Shown here: in pieces, positions 9,677 to 23,367 of the stretch | Layout of the letters: every line of letters begins with the position of its first letter | How positions within the stretch are numbered: position 1 is the stretch's first letter | DNA from: Neoconidiobolus thromboides FSU 785 | Lineage: Eukaryota > Fungi > Entomophthoromycota | DNA length: 38,605 nucleotides | Assembly: GCA_025603075.1 (NCBI GenBank) | Contig: MU626444.1 | Location: 1-38,605, forward strand | Direction: 5' to 3' | Notes under the pieces: generated by a model | The model's database searches: none | The model's input: only the letters and a program-made list of their open reading frames with translations | What the model was told of the DNA's origin: nothing | Made by a program: the position numbers and the translations under genes

Positions 9677-10671
9677 TAAATTTATCAAAATAAGAAAAAC
9701 GAACAAAGAAGTTGGAATGTTGGTGATATGATACAAGTTTTATACTAAGTAGTTCAAAGTATCATTATATCTTTCTGAAATGTCAAGTTACTTCATACTT
9801 AAAATTCATGAGTGTTTCTGGTTTTATTTTTGTTCAATTTAGTTTAGTACAATAAAAAATAGCCATATTTAGTAGGTTGATTTAATTCTTTAGTTCTAAA
9901 TCTATAAAAAATTTAAATTATTTTTGATCCAAGATTCATTGAGTTAAATAAAGTTAAATATTTATTTTTACACAATTTAATTGGCTGTCTACTTGAAATT
10001 TATTGTTCATATTATTTGTTTATAGTTGAAATATTTATCATCTGCCATTTTAAACTTGTTTTTAAACTAAACAAAAGAATTGTTAAGTTTCAATTACTTA
10101 ATTTATAAATCCACTATTGATATTGACATAAATTTATTATTAGAGCTATATGAATCTAAGACTTAATTTTTGTATTAAAAGTTAGTCACAATACTACCTT
10201 AATTATATCATATTAGCATTAAATTACATCCTACTATTACTGTATTTATAACAAGACCTATAAAAATATAGTCTGGTCTCTTTTCAGAATATCAACAAAT
10301 TGGATCTTTTTTAGTTTAAATGGAGTACAGCATGCTATAAACTATGTACACGAAATTATATTCAACTATAATTATTTCTACTCAAACTAATACGTTGATG
10401 ATATTTAGTATAGTAGAGAGTGATTCATTTTAATAGAAACAAAAACGATACTTGGCTATGCAATCCCCCAACCAACATTTCGGGGTATCTTCTTTGCTTC
10501 AGTATCTATCTGGTAGCTTTATTTTATTATATATTAAGTAAATAATCCCTATTCTTATATTATTCTATTGTAATATATAAAATTTAAACTATTGAAAATA
10601 AACACTAATAAACCACTCTTAATTTATTAAATAAAATTTACTTATATTTTAATAATCATATACTGTATGCT

Positions 10672-11931
10672 TTATAACCATCCACTCTTTCCTTTCTTTT
10701 TTTTAATTTCAGGTCTTTTAAGCTGTTTAATTAACTCTGGCATCTTTAACATTTTTCTAACTCTAGAATTATTTAAAGCATAAATTTGGACCATAGAAAA
10801 TAAAGAGGAAGGAATCCAATATAAAAACACAACCTAAAAAATATTAATAAGCATTAAACTCTATCAATAAAGATTAAAAACTTACCGCTGGCATAGTACA
10901 AGTTACCGGAATCATACCTAATGATACCACCCTCATAAAAGTTTTCATCCATTTAGGTTGTTGTTGGGAAGCAGCACCTAATTCAGAACCCATTTCAAAG
11001 ACAGCCAAAAAACCTAAAGAGGAGATAGTTGGGAGAATATAATAAGGATCAGCGACAGCTAAATTAGTGAACCAAAGATATCCACCATCTAAAAGAGAGG
11101 GGATAGGCACATCAGCAAGTGCTCTTAAGGCTAAAAAGAATGAAATCATCACAGGGGCTTGTACAACAGGTATCAACATCATTCTAAACGGTTTTAAGTC
11201 ATGCTTTTTAAATAAAGTACGTAAGTTTTGGGATTGTAAAGCCAATTCATAATGATCTTGGTCTTTTTTAGCGCGGTTAATTTTGGCTGTTATAGCGTCC
11301 ATTTCTGGTTTAACATTGGCCATTTTTGTAGCAGATTTATTTAAGTTGATAATCAATGGTAATAAAAGAGTACGGATAACTATTGTTGTTATTCCGATAC
11401 TCGCCAACCATGGCATATGTAAACCTAAGTCAAAAAATTCTAAAATCTTTTCAATTCCTCCTACTGGAGTGTAATTGCATAAACCAAAGCTAGCGTAATC
11501 TCCTATGGTACTTAAAGCAGTTGGCTCAATACTTTGTACGGCTGTTGGTTCGCTAAATGTGGCTGTGACTGCTTCTACTGTAGTTGGTTCTGGGATAACA
11601 GTTGTTTCTGGAACAACGGTTGTTTCAACAACCTTTGGCTCTACAATAGATTCTGGTACAATTTCTTTTAATCCATTTTCGTTATCTTTTACATCTATCT
11701 GGGTACTAGCAAATCTTATGCCATTGATGGCAGCTAAGTTATAGGTAGGAAACTAAAATGTTAGCCTATTATTATGATATTTGAGTAATATACCTTATTT
11801 TTAGTTACTAACTGAGAAATTTTTATTGAAGTATTTAAACTAAATGATGGATTAAAATTATATTGTTATAAAAATTTAAGTTACCTTTTCAAAATGTTCT
11901 TTTGGTGGATCTTTAAAAGTGGTCTAATCAT
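10672..11931 (-). CDS. OXA1: Mitochondrial inner-membrane insertase Oxa1/YidC (~373 aa; exons 11931-11885, 11839-11794, 11752-10886, 10833-10672)
   Basis: PW...I..TT..IR..LLPL, Q.P...SFF.ALR and LYW..S.LFS motifs; presequence-like N-terminus ending GIRFAST; three GT-AG introns (45, 41, 52 nt) keep the frame. Confidence 0.92.
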
Positions 11932-12751
11932 ATCTATAATTCTATTCTATATTAAATTTTTTTTATAATTCAACTACAAAATTATAAATTGATTGTTTTC
12001 GATTTTTGTTCTTAATGTTTGATTCAAGTCCCATAATAAATTCGGTCCCAATCCTAGCTTTTTATGTTCTAGATATTGGAAGTTAAAGGCTACCAAATTT
12101 AGTAAATAGAAAAGGCGGCAAAATGTTTTTATTTTAAAAAGATTTCAATTTAAATAAATCTATGAAAGCTATCAGTAAGAAATAGCACAATTGCGCTTTG
12201 ATTTATTTCAAATAGTTTTGAGATCATAGAAATGTTTTAAAGTAAAGTTCTTTAAATTTCGACTGTTTAAAATAATAAGATTAAACAATGGTGTCGTCTG
12301 TAAAGCTCCACTGACTTTATTGTTTGATCGTTTAAGTTGATAAAACATTCGAGACTTATAGCTTTCAAGGATCAAGAGAGAAGTAATTTAACAAATGATG
12401 ATCAATGATGTTTTAGTAGCTGAGCGTCAAATTACAGTTGATTAAATCAGTAATCAAAGAACAATGATGTTTCATTGTCTTTACAAAAAGAACTCTTTGT
12501 ATTATTAGTCATTATCGAATATGATAATATAATAGTCCCTTTAAAAAAATTATTAATTACAGGCCTCTATTTTTACTTAACTTTTTACTGAGTAGATACC
12601 GTTTTCATAGTAGCCTTTAGACAGCTTTAGTTACGATATAGATAAATGCAAAAATATAAAAACTATACATAATCATGGTTTCTCTGTTCAATATTCTATA
12701 TGACAATGACTAAGAAATATTACGAAATTACTAATATTTAGTTAAACATAT

Positions 12752-12849
12752 AGGGGTATTTCTTTCGGTTTCACATCACTTTTTCCATTTTTTAAGCGCT
12801 ATTTGAGCAGAAAGATTGTTAGTAAAATTGAGTAAAAAAACACAGCCAC
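12752..12849 (-). mobile_element. MITE family 1, full copy
   Basis: AGGGGTATTTCTTT...AAAAAAACACAGCCAC; flanks ATAT/ATAA; core AAGCGCTATTTGAGCAGAAA. Confidence 0.8.
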
Positions 12850-13886
12850 ATAATCAAAATAAGTTTTGGTAGGATTTGATTTCCAATTAAAAGATATTTT
12901 TAAGAAATCTTGTGATATTTATAAATTAATAGAATTATCTCTAATTATTCGTGTAATAATTACGTTTTCTTATGGTTAGATATTTCCTTGAAAATTCTAT
13001 TCACATTTCTTAATATTAATTTCATAATATATTTATAGGTTGATTTTTTAAACATTCTAAAAATGCTTTTAAAAACCATTTTGATGACGAATTTTTTCAT
13101 TAAAATCTTTTTTATGGCTACTATAGCTTTTACTTTTTTTAGCATTAACAAAGCTTATAAAATTTGTCGTAACTCGGCCATATTATTATCAAAGCTGTTG
13201 TGCAAATCATTATATATATTTTAAAATTATAAGATTTACTTTAACTTACTATCATATTTTACAAATATAGTAAAAACTCAAGAATTTTATAACAAATAAA
13301 TCAATTTTAGAAATTTATGAGGATGTATTTAGGTGTTCCATGTTTAATGGTGCAGTTTATTTTGAAAATACTCATTAAAGTTCATTTAAAGTTTGGTTAA
13401 TTTTACTTTGTTTATATTAGAATATATATAATTTTAATATACTATAGATTTGAATTATGAAATACTAATATAACGAAAATAAGTCTTATATAAACAAAAA
13501 GTCATAAATTCTATGAAGTAAAAATGAACAATTTGCCAAAAGCAAAGATAGATACAGCTTTTACAAATGTGTAAAAGATGATTCACAGTTTCAAGCAAGA
13601 AATTCAATAAAGTACACAAATTCATAGTATTTTAGTGTTTTTTTGCTTAGAATTGATAATTATCAGTATTAATCAATTTTTATTTACAAAAAAGATGTAA
13701 AAAAGTAACTAAATGTAAACTTGATTTAAAGCGCATAATTAAAAATAGGGTGACGTAGTCAGGATAGAGGGTGAGAACAAGTTTTTGCCAAGTTGAAATA
13801 TTCAAACTTATGATTTGATGTTTCATATTGAAACAAGAAATATAAATTTGACTTTATGAACTTTAAATGTTTACTTTTCTTTAAAA

Positions 13887-15446
13887 ATGAGTTCAGTATC
13901 AACAAGTAATAAAAATATCAGCTGTAAGACAGTGTAAATATTAACAAATTTTAATTAGGTTTGACTTATTTTCCTGATTTAAATTACTTAAAGATCCTTT
14001 TATTATCGGGGTTTGCTAAGGCATTAAAAAAATATATTGCAAACACTTACCAAGGGGTAAGCTTAATACTAATCCACTTTTTACAAACTGATTGTGATAT
14101 TAGGTTTTAGTAGAGTTGGGTGGTTTTCCACATAACTGGGGCGAAAAGTACCAATACGTTGTATCCAACTTTAACTATTTTAACTATACCGTTCCGGCAG
14201 CTATTTTGGTCTTTAGTTATTTAACGGATAAATTTGGAATTAAAAAAACTTTACCTGTATCGCTTTATGCAACCTCAGTCTTAGTAGTGGTGTTATCTGT
14301 AGCACCAAACCTTACTTCACTTCGTGGCACTTTACTTGCTTTAGGTTTATTTAATGGATTAGATGCGCTTGCTTATGGTCTTGTATCAACTGTTTATGAA
14401 TCAAAATATCAAAGTAAGGTTAATTCACGCTTAAATTAGATTACAACTGACTTTTTGTAGGTTTTGCATATGCATTGCTATTTTTTGATACATATTTTGT
14501 TTATCTTATATCAGACGCTATGACCTATTTCTTTGAGCCGTTTAAAAATCAAATTCCAAATTGGTTTATGCCAAAACTATTATTCCTTCAACATCCTCAG
14601 TTATTTTCTGCTTTGAGTGGTGCTATTATCTTTGGAATAGTTGCCTACTATTCTCATTCTATTTTGTTACCTTCTGACGAAAAGTTAGATGATACTTCAC
14701 TTCCAACTGAAAGCGATGAAACTCAAACTTTAATTAATGAAATGGATAATACTAATTATGATTCCATTAACTCATCTCAAAACACTTTGTATTCTCGCTA
14801 TGTACCCAAATTACCCAATGAGCAAAGTTTATTTTTACTTCTTTCATTTGTGTTGAATCAATTTTTAATTAAAAATGCAACAAGAAGTTTGCAAGATTGG
14901 TACATGACTGACACTAACCAAGGCGGCTTAGGCTTAGGCTTTAATAACATATTTCCTACTCTGATCAATTCATTGATTTCTTCTTATTATTTAAGTTATT
15001 TGTTTTTACCTACTACTTTGAATCGATTCAATCCTAGTTATATTTATAATATTACTTATAATATAGCTACTATTGAATTTGCTTATTTAATCTTGGTCAA
15101 CTTTTTACAACCAATTCTTCCCACTTTAATTTTAAACTTATTAGTCGGTTTAGGTGGTGTATCGTTGACTGTATGCTCTTTATATGCCAATTTTTCAATA
15201 ATTTTGTTATTATCTAGAGTAAAAGATGCAAATGTGGGAACATTTACTATATTCGGTTTAGCACTCGGTGGTTTTGAAATTCTCAATGCAGTCCAAGTAT
15301 TCTTCCGACCAATTTCTCTATTTGCTATCTTTAGTACAATGGAAATTTCTTACTTTAATATTTTAAATCCTTCCCTTGTTATATTTACTGGGGTTGCTTT
15401 CCTCAATCGCTATTTCTCTGAAGCTTTTCTTACTATTAGCAATTAA
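13887..15446 (+). CDS. Divergent MFS-like membrane transporter (~476 aa; exons 13887-13923, 13959-14056, 14104-14413, 14461-15446)
   Basis: MFS motif A-like SYLTDKFGIKK; many hydrophobic helices in two halves separated by an acidic loop; introns of 35, 47 and 47 nt join the two track ORFs in frame (1431 nt). Confidence 0.75.
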
Positions 15447-17101
15447 GTAAGATTACTTGATAAATAAAGCAGCATTGATTGTGTATTTATGCTTATGTCT
15501 GATTACATTTCTATAAGTTGAAATTCTAATATAGAGAACACATTATAGTTTATACATGTAAATGTAAACTTGGTTAAAATAAAATCGATTTCTGCAGTTT
15601 GATTTATATTAAACAAAAAACTACCAAACTGACTTTTTTTGCCTCATTATTTTCCCCATATTATATGTAATGTAAAGTTAAAAAAATTGATAGTTAAGGT
15701 GGTGGGTTCAAAAACATGTCATAATACGCTTATTTTTTTAAAAATCTTGAAGATATAAAAGCACCTAAGTATTTTATTTTTGTGAAAACTCAATAGTATG
15801 GAAATTGAACAATGTATATAGATAAGAGAGCAGATTTTGTGCTATATTTGAGATAAACTTATCTCTATCTAGTTTAGGTAGGCATGAATTAAAAAAATAG
15901 TAGCCTTTAATTTTCTTGAGTAAATTTTTCTGCACAGGAAATAAACTCAAAAATGTAATAAAAGAACTAAAAGGATTCATTGAACAATTTTATATATTAA
16001 AAATTAGTCTTGTAAACTAACTAATAGATTCATTTTACTTTTAAGATACTGTTTATTAAGAATTAATACATATATTTATATTATTTAAAATGAAAGCTCA
16101 AACCTTTATAAAGCAGCCAAATACACTCAGGAGTGATATTAGAAAGTAGGTCATCATACAATATTTAATATTATCTGGATCAAAATATCAAAGTTGCGAG
16201 CTTTCAACAAAGCTTTTTGGATTGGGTTGGTTTTGAATTTAGTCTTAATAGAGTTTTAGTGAATTTGAAATTTGGAAATTAAAACTAATTTCAAAGCCAG
16301 AAAATTGCTCAAATATTTAATGTGTAATTCTAGGCTCAAAACCAAAATTATTCAGATGTTAATATAGTTACTAATATATCTTTAAACAAACGAATTTTAA
16401 GAAAAAGTACTCAACTAATAGACTCAAATAAAATAAAGCACTTTCGTTGTTAAGTGTGATTAAACTTTTATTAAAAGTTAAAAAATCGATATTTCATATT
16501 TCAACTAGTTTTAATTTAAATTCATCTTTGCTTAAACTAATATATATTTGTCCGAATTTCAACCTATAATATGATTTTTGGCCCAAAATTACACTTTCAA
16601 ATATCTTAACAATTTCACAAAAATCAAATCATCTTATATAAATCTGAAGCTGACTTTAAAATTCTATCAGTCCAATTTTTCCAAAAAATCGAAACTAGGT
16701 AAAAATTAAACCTTAACCTAAACTATATCAAAGAAAAAAAGGGAATGCTAGTATAAAGCGTAATATATTAAATATAATTAATGAAAAAATGCATCAATAA
16801 TGGAATATATATTTAAATCATATATTATGTACCTTTAATATAAGCACTATTTGGGGTTTACTAAGACTATCAAACTAACAGCTTATACTCAATAGAATAA
16901 CTCGGATTCAGATATCTTTTATTATTTTAATTATATAGTTGATTCTTTTTAACATGAATTTAAGGGCTACTACTTTTTACAATCATTAAATTTATATTAA
17001 AATACTTCAAGTTTAATTTAAAACAATGAAAGACACCCAACTACAAGCTATTCCAACATCTCAAATCCCATTTTAACAGGTCAAAATAAGCAATGTAAAG
17101 A

Positions 17102-17430
17102 GTAATAGAATTTAGACTAAATAAAAGTTCAAGATTATTTAAGCTATCCAAAAAGCCTGGGATTGATAAAATAGGCTTCAATCACCCATGGTCTTCTGAC
17201 CATTCTTTATACAATCCATAGGTTATCAGTTTGTATAACCTCCAGTTCAATACAAATTGTTTACCACGTTCATAGTTAAAGGTCTCATTACTAACTCTAG
17301 ATATATTCAAAGATCCTAACAAACACTTCACAGGCATCTGTTTTTTTAAAAACTATAATAAACTGAAAAAGGACCCTACAAAACCGTTTATGCTCTTTAA
17401 AAAACTTACAACTAATTTTAGCAAACCATT
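17102..17430 (+). mobile_element. Degenerate non-LTR (LINE) reverse-transcriptase relic
   Basis: One frame reads KKPGIDKI...LYNLQFNTNCLPRS*...FKDPNKHFTGICFFKNYNKL, matching the order of LINE RT motifs K.PG.D.I / LYN.....LP.SW / KDP...YRPI.L....YK; the stop is TAG where Trp (TGG) is expected. Confidence 0.45.
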
Positions 17431-17512
17431 ATAAACATACATACAAACAAACCTGTTTTCATAATTTATAGTTTTTATCTTATCTTAGTTTTTGATTAAT
17501 AGAATAGATATC

Positions 17513-18500
17513 ATATCCATAACCAAAGAATACGACCCCTTCTTCTCCTTCGAAATAATTTGTTTACATATTCTATATTCTCCTTCCTATTAAACATCGT
17601 TGTTATTTACTTAGTGAATGCTAAATTGAGCCAAGAAAGAGCAGCAGACATTTATCTGATAACTCTTATAGTAATTTTTGACATCCTAGCTTCTATTTTG
17701 TTAAATATAATCTAAATAGCTAAATCCTATTTAGCTATGACACCTTTAGAATTTCAAGAAAGCATTTACTGTTCTTTAAGTTACATATTTTATACTAGTT
17801 CTGCTGTTATATCTATTAACCTAATTTCACAACTATCAATGGCTCATCATCTAGCTATTATTAAATCATATAGTATAAGTAATACAAAAGCCAGTTTTGT
17901 TTCTTTGCAATTATATTATTAACATTGGCCATATTCATTATCAATAAAACTATAGGAATGCCACAGACGAGGCCTCCAAAATTGACATACATATCCATTA
18001 CTAAGAGCTGTGTTTCTGTAGAACATACGATTTATGTTATATTTATATGTTCCTTTATTTGTTCAGTTGCATTTTGCATTTCCATTTTCTATGAGTTGAC
18101 ACTAGTACCATATTTTAAAACGAATTAAAGGTTTAAAGAGTTATCAGATAGTCTTAGAAAAGGGGTAATATTTTATAAACCAAAAGATATCGCTTTTTTG
18201 ATTGTTTTCACAGTAGTTTATACATCCTGCATATATCCTGAATTTATCATTTTACTTATTGAGGAAGTGGGTGAACATGAAATACCCCTTATGTACCATA
18301 TTGCATTTCATCATTTTTATTTTATAATGGGACAACGTTAAATCGGTTGTTTGTGCTAACTTTACATTCAGATTCTAGGAAAAAACTTATCAATTTGTTT
18401 AAAAAGAAAAAAAAAGTGAATTTAACCATTATCAAGCCACCTTTGATGCTCATTATTGTTTGAGTCGGGGTTCAGTAAATGGTATGACGCTCAACAAATT
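17513..18500 (+). pseudogene. 7TM receptor pseudogene (subfamily of 27868/30848)
   Basis: Start decayed to ATA; segments KEYD..SFEII, FDIL, EFQESIYCSLS, IIKSYSISN, VEHTIY, FYKPK, YPEFIIL and LN.LFVLTLHSDSRKKL in shifting frames with stops. Confidence 0.88.
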
Positions 18501-19177
18501 GAGTTTTTTAGTTTTTAGTGAAAATTGAGATCAGAATCTTCAATTGAGCTAGGGAACTTGCATTCAGTGCAATAGATATTCGAAAAAAAGAACATTATTC
18601 CTATATTTAATAACCTTAGCGAAAAGGTCGATTTTTTACTGCATTTGTTTATTTATCTCCTATCAATTTTTTTCAAACTGATGCTTTATCTTGATATTAA
18701 AAACCATTTATTATTATTTTTCAACCATAAAAAGTTGATAATTTAGAATAAATTGTCATTATTATCTAAATAAATAACAATAAAATGATACCTTTAATTT
18801 CGACTTATTCAACAATTAAAAGAATTAAATTTCATTGACAATGATTGTATAAGTTTCTATCTTGTACTTTATTTTATAACAAATAACTGAGATAAATCTA
18901 TAATAGTAGTATGATTTTCTAACAAAATAACATAAACAAATTAAAATAAATTTAATTTAATACAAAAATAATTCAAATTAATTAATTCTGTTCTCACCAT
19001 TTAAGAATAAATTTACCGTATTTTAAAACGTGAGTTTAAAATATTAATAATATTTCAATATCAAATTATTAATGTAGTAAAAACAAGAATTAAAATTTCA
19101 AAACACCACCAATCTCTAGTCTATCATCTATCAATCAAAAGGTCATTACAACAAAAATAAGGTTTATTTACTTTAAA

Positions 19178-20152
19178 TCAGCGACTTTGGTTTAGCTCTA
19201 TGTTATGTAGTGACTGGAAATTATCTATTTCTCTGTCATGTGAGCTGGCCAAAGTACCTTTTAATAAAGCCAAGACATCATTTCTGGTTTCTGGGTGTAA
19301 AGTGATAACGAATAGAGGGTTAATAGCACATTCAGAAAAGAACAAAAAATAAATGATACAATCTAAAGCAAAGGTACGTTGATAATCCGTAAATGCTTCA
19401 ACAATCAACAGTATAAACTCCGGAAGTAAAGAAACTAAATAAGCTATTGTAAATAATAGTAAATAGACAATATAACTTGATTTGAAAAAGGATCTTCCTT
19501 TATCATAACAATCACTTGACTTCAAAGATTGATTCAATCTATAATAGTGTAAACTTAAAAGGCCATAAAATATTGGTATCGACAATACAGAAGGTATGGT
19601 AAGGAGAAAGATACAAGCTGCATAAATAATATGTGTAATTGAATTCCCTTCTAAAGATATTGTAATACAAAACATACCTGATGGCATGAGTCGATAACTA
19701 TTTTGTAATGCACTTAAAATAAAGGCCAATGTGATAATCACTACTAATATTATACTTGCTATCGAGGATTTCATATTATTTATAGCGTACCTTTTAACTA
19801 TAGTTAAATAGCGTATAGCTGCTAATTGAGCCGTTAGAGTAACAGCTAAAATACCAATAGCGTTGAAAGCTATAGCATTGACCCTACACCATGGACCAGT
19901 TAGAAACTCTTTTTCGTTCGCACCGTAGCACCATTTGATGATTTGAGAGATGAGACAAAAAAGGACTAACAATAAATCAAATACAGATATTAAAATCATA
20001 AGTTGGGTATCAATTGCTTTATTCGTTCGATATCTATGTTTAGTGATGTACAACACTAACAGGTTTAGTACCATTGATGCTAAACATAATATAAATATGA
20101 TGATTTCGTAGGTTAAATCAAAGCCTAGGTTTTCTTCTCCTAAAACTACCAT
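19178..20152 (-). CDS. Class A-like 7TM receptor, 324 aa, intronless (subfamily A)
   Basis: Same 7TM motifs as the paralogs; ~73% identical (236/324 by eye, ungapped) to 35402-36376. Confidence 0.9.
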   Translation of the reverse strand: MVVLGEENLGFDLTYEIIIFILCLASMVLNLLVLYITKHRYRTNKAIDTQLMILISVFDLLLVLFCLISQIIKWCYGANEKEFLTGPWCRVNAIAFNAIGILAVTLTAQLAAIRYLTIVKRYAINNMKSSIASIILVVIITLAFILSALQNSYRLMPSGMFCITISLEGNSITHIIYAACIFLLTIPSVLSIPIFYGLLSLHYYRLNQSLKSSDCYDKGRSFFKSSYIVYLLLFTIAYLVSLLPEFILLIVEAFTDYQRTFALDCIIYFLFFSECAINPLFVITLHPETRNDVLALLKGTLASSHDREIDNFQSLHNIELNQSR

Positions 20153-21236
20153 CCTTGTTTTGAAGTATGAGAAAAAGCTTTTTGAAAACTTAATTTTTGG
20201 AATATCATTTAATTACTTTATTCTTCTATTTTTATTTATCCAGTTTATTCTTGAGAATATTCTATGTTTGTTAAAACTATGTCATTTATTTAAGTACAAA
20301 TGTTATCAAGTAATAACTAATATGTTTTTGTAAACTAACTTTCTGCATTAAATACGGTTTTTAAATATAAATTGTTTATAAATTTAGTAAATTTCTTTAG
20401 AAAAAAGTTTATACAAAAATAGTAAAATTCAATAATCATTAGTAAATTGATCTGTATTGTTTTTTAATTTTTCTACGTATAGCTGCTAACTTTCAACTAT
20501 CATATCATATCAAATATCAAGTATAACACATCTAAATGAGAATGTTTTATGAAATCCTAATATAATAATACAAATCTAATAATCTATGCGAATTTTACCT
20601 TATTTAATCAATGATTTGGCATGCGATAAGAACATCATAGGGCAACTTTTCGTTGTTATTTTTGAAGTACAACTATCGCGTTTTTTACTATTTTCAAGTA
20701 GAAATCTGACTTTTAATATATTAGCTTTTTATTAAATAAATTAATTTATAGTATTTGAATGTTTTTCAAACGGGCAATTTAATATAAAAAAGTAAAATAA
20801 AATTTCAAAAAAAGCAACAGTCAAAAACAAAGGCTAAGTATTCCTATGGGCTTGCTTTTGGATAAATTTCCCACTTATATTTGTTCTTAACTTATGTTCA
20901 TCAGTCTTGTGAAACCCTTACTGCTTCTATGATAGCTTTCTTTCACCAAAGAGTTAAAAAGTCCAATGATGTTTTTTCTCTTTTAGAATAAAAACTGTCT
21001 AGTCTAACTGATTTACATGGATTACAGTTGGATTATCTGTTAAGAAATATGAAAGGGAAGCCTTAAGTCAGTAGTCTACAGTGGCTTTTTACTAATTCTA
21101 TATATTTGATTTGTTACAAACCACTTGATGACTTGTTCTCTTTCAGAAACTTATAAAAGTATATAGATTAAGTATGAATTTATTAATATTTTCTTTGTCA
21201 AAAATATCATCAAACGATTTTTTTGTATCAATATTT

Positions 21237-21331
21237 GGAGATGTTTTTTTTGACTTGATCACTTTTTCTATCTTTTAAGCACTATTTGAGTGGAAAATTG
21301 TTAGTAAAATTAAATAAAAAATGCATTATTC
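21237..21331 (-). mobile_element. MITE family 1, copy with a decayed end
   Basis: GGAGATGTTTTTTT...; core AAGCACTATTTGAGTGGAAA; right end degenerate. Confidence 0.75.
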
Positions 21332-21938
21332 AATATTTGCTTTTTTGTGATTTTAGGTTGCATAAAAATGAAAAAAATAATAAAACACTCCAAAACAAAC
21401 ATGTTTTTTTAGAAATTGACTAACATCGTATTCAAGATTTAAACTTAAGAATGAACATATATTTGAAGCAAAACAATCCCATACTCACTTCAAAAAAGTA
21501 AATATCTGTATTATTTTATGACCTTAATCATTTAAGTACTATCCTTGAGTTTAGATACAACTTATAACTTAGATATATTAGTTATATAAAGCCTGATGTG
21601 GTGATATCAAATATATTCAAAACCAAAAAAAGTATACTTTGAATAAACAATATTAACCAAATAGTAGTAACAATGTACATTATTAATATAAACTTAATTG
21701 ATCACTTAATTTTTAAGCTATTTATAAAGCAATATTAACAAAATAGCTTTATTTAATTTACACTTCTTAATAAATAATTAAACTCAACAACATCATTATA
21801 CTTATACATGGTTAACATTTAAGTATACTATGATTTATTGTTGTAAAATATAGACCATGAGCAAAAAAAAACTTATAATTGAATTAATTACTACAACACA
21901 AATAAATAGCTCAACCTATAAACCCCAATCAATTTTAT

Positions 21939-22582
21939 TTAATGTTCTTCACTTTTTAAAAACTCAGTATAAGCTTTTGAGTCCATCAAGCTATTAACTT
22001 CAGCTTCATTTTCAATTTCTACTTTACACAACCAGCCTACATACCTTATAAATATTTTTTCAATAATAATAGTTATAAAGTTTACCTTTGTTTTCTGGAT
22101 CTTCATTAATAACTGAATAATCATCTACTAAGGTTTCGTTGATTTCAACTACTTTACCACTAACTGGTGAGTTGATTTCTCCTACTGCTTTAACAGATTC
22201 AACCGATCCGAGGTAGTCTAAGAGAGTTCAACTTTAAAACACCTTTTCCTCATATTTAAACATAAAAAAACTTACCACCAGCTTCAAGCTTTGATTCATT
22301 TTCAGGTAACTCGGCGAACACGATTTCACCAAGAGCATCTGAAGCATGTTTGGTGATTCCAATGGTAGCAATCTTATCGTTCAACTGAACCCATTCGTGA
22401 CTTTCGGTGAATTTTTTGACTATTTTGGAGAGAGAAAAACAGTAGCGTTAATTTCTTATATTGCATTAAATACTAACAATATTAAACTTACCAGAATAAT
22501 ATTTAATTGGGGTGACTTTAATCGTAGCTAAACGGGAGGCGACTGGTACCTTGGTAATAAGTTTACTGAAGCGAGCGAGCAT
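21939..22582 (-). CDS. GCV3: Glycine cleavage system H protein (154 aa; exons 22582-22492, 22419-22276, 22217-22086, 22036-21939)
   Basis: [25 protein letters not shown], lipoyl motif [19 protein letters not shown] and GWL; introns of 72, 58 and 49 nt. Confidence 0.96.
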
Positions 22583-23367
22583 TTTTTGATAGTTCGAAAT
22601 AGTAAAAGTAAAGTTGATGATGAACAATTTATAGCAGACTTTTTATGGAAGATTACCATTGGTTCAATTTTAAAAGACTAAATTTTTCGGTTTTTATTGG
22701 TCGAAATGATGAATTAATAGGTCATCTGAAGTAAAGTTGCATTGGGAAGTAAAATAATTTGGGTTTATATTTAAATATAGGAGTTTAGTTTTAAATTTAG
22801 CGTTTATTGAGATCTACTAACGAGCAATTTTGTTTTGTTAAAAATAATTATAAAGTGTATTTATTCTAAAGTATAGAATAAAGGTCTTAATTTTTGATAA
22901 CAGTCTATTGAGTGTATCGATAACTAGGATATAAAATAAGATTATCTGAAAATGAACTTTTCTGTTCCACTTTTTAACTAATAAGTTTTTAAACCATTGT
23001 ACAGATAAACAAGATAATGAAATGAAGAACCAACACAGTTTTTAAAAAGGAACTTAAAAGATCACTTTTTGTACTGGTTTATTAGCTATTATAAAAGATT
23101 ATTTTAATGTCATGATGAAATATCAAAAAAGATCATATTCTAAGATAATTTAATATTTCAATCTAAAAAACATTCTGAATAATAATGACACGCTATAGTT
23201 CAGTAATAACTTAATCTTTGGCCCCTAATACCATAAAAATGGGCAAACAATTGCCTATGTGCCCACTATCGAAACAAAAATCGAGCTTAAAACAACTATA
23301 AATACTCAACCACAAATCCCACCTTTATATATCATTTACATATTACCCTCACACCGACTGATACATA

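Noticed and set aside
9677-9736. 20-aa N-terminal extension of the first GPCR in the ORF track
   Set aside because: It starts at TTG; ATG 9676 aligns exactly with paralog starts.
12390-12490. Possible box C/D snoRNA (ATGATGA ... CTGA) and a small hairpin
   Set aside because: The boxes are only ~25 nt apart, with no terminal stem or recognisable rRNA guide.
12960-15980. Small ORFs 12960-13151 and 15774-15980 (also 2141-2332 and 21939-22124 as a standalone gene)
   Set aside because: Non-ATG or low-complexity with no motifs; 21939-22124 is the last GCV3 exon read through its intron.
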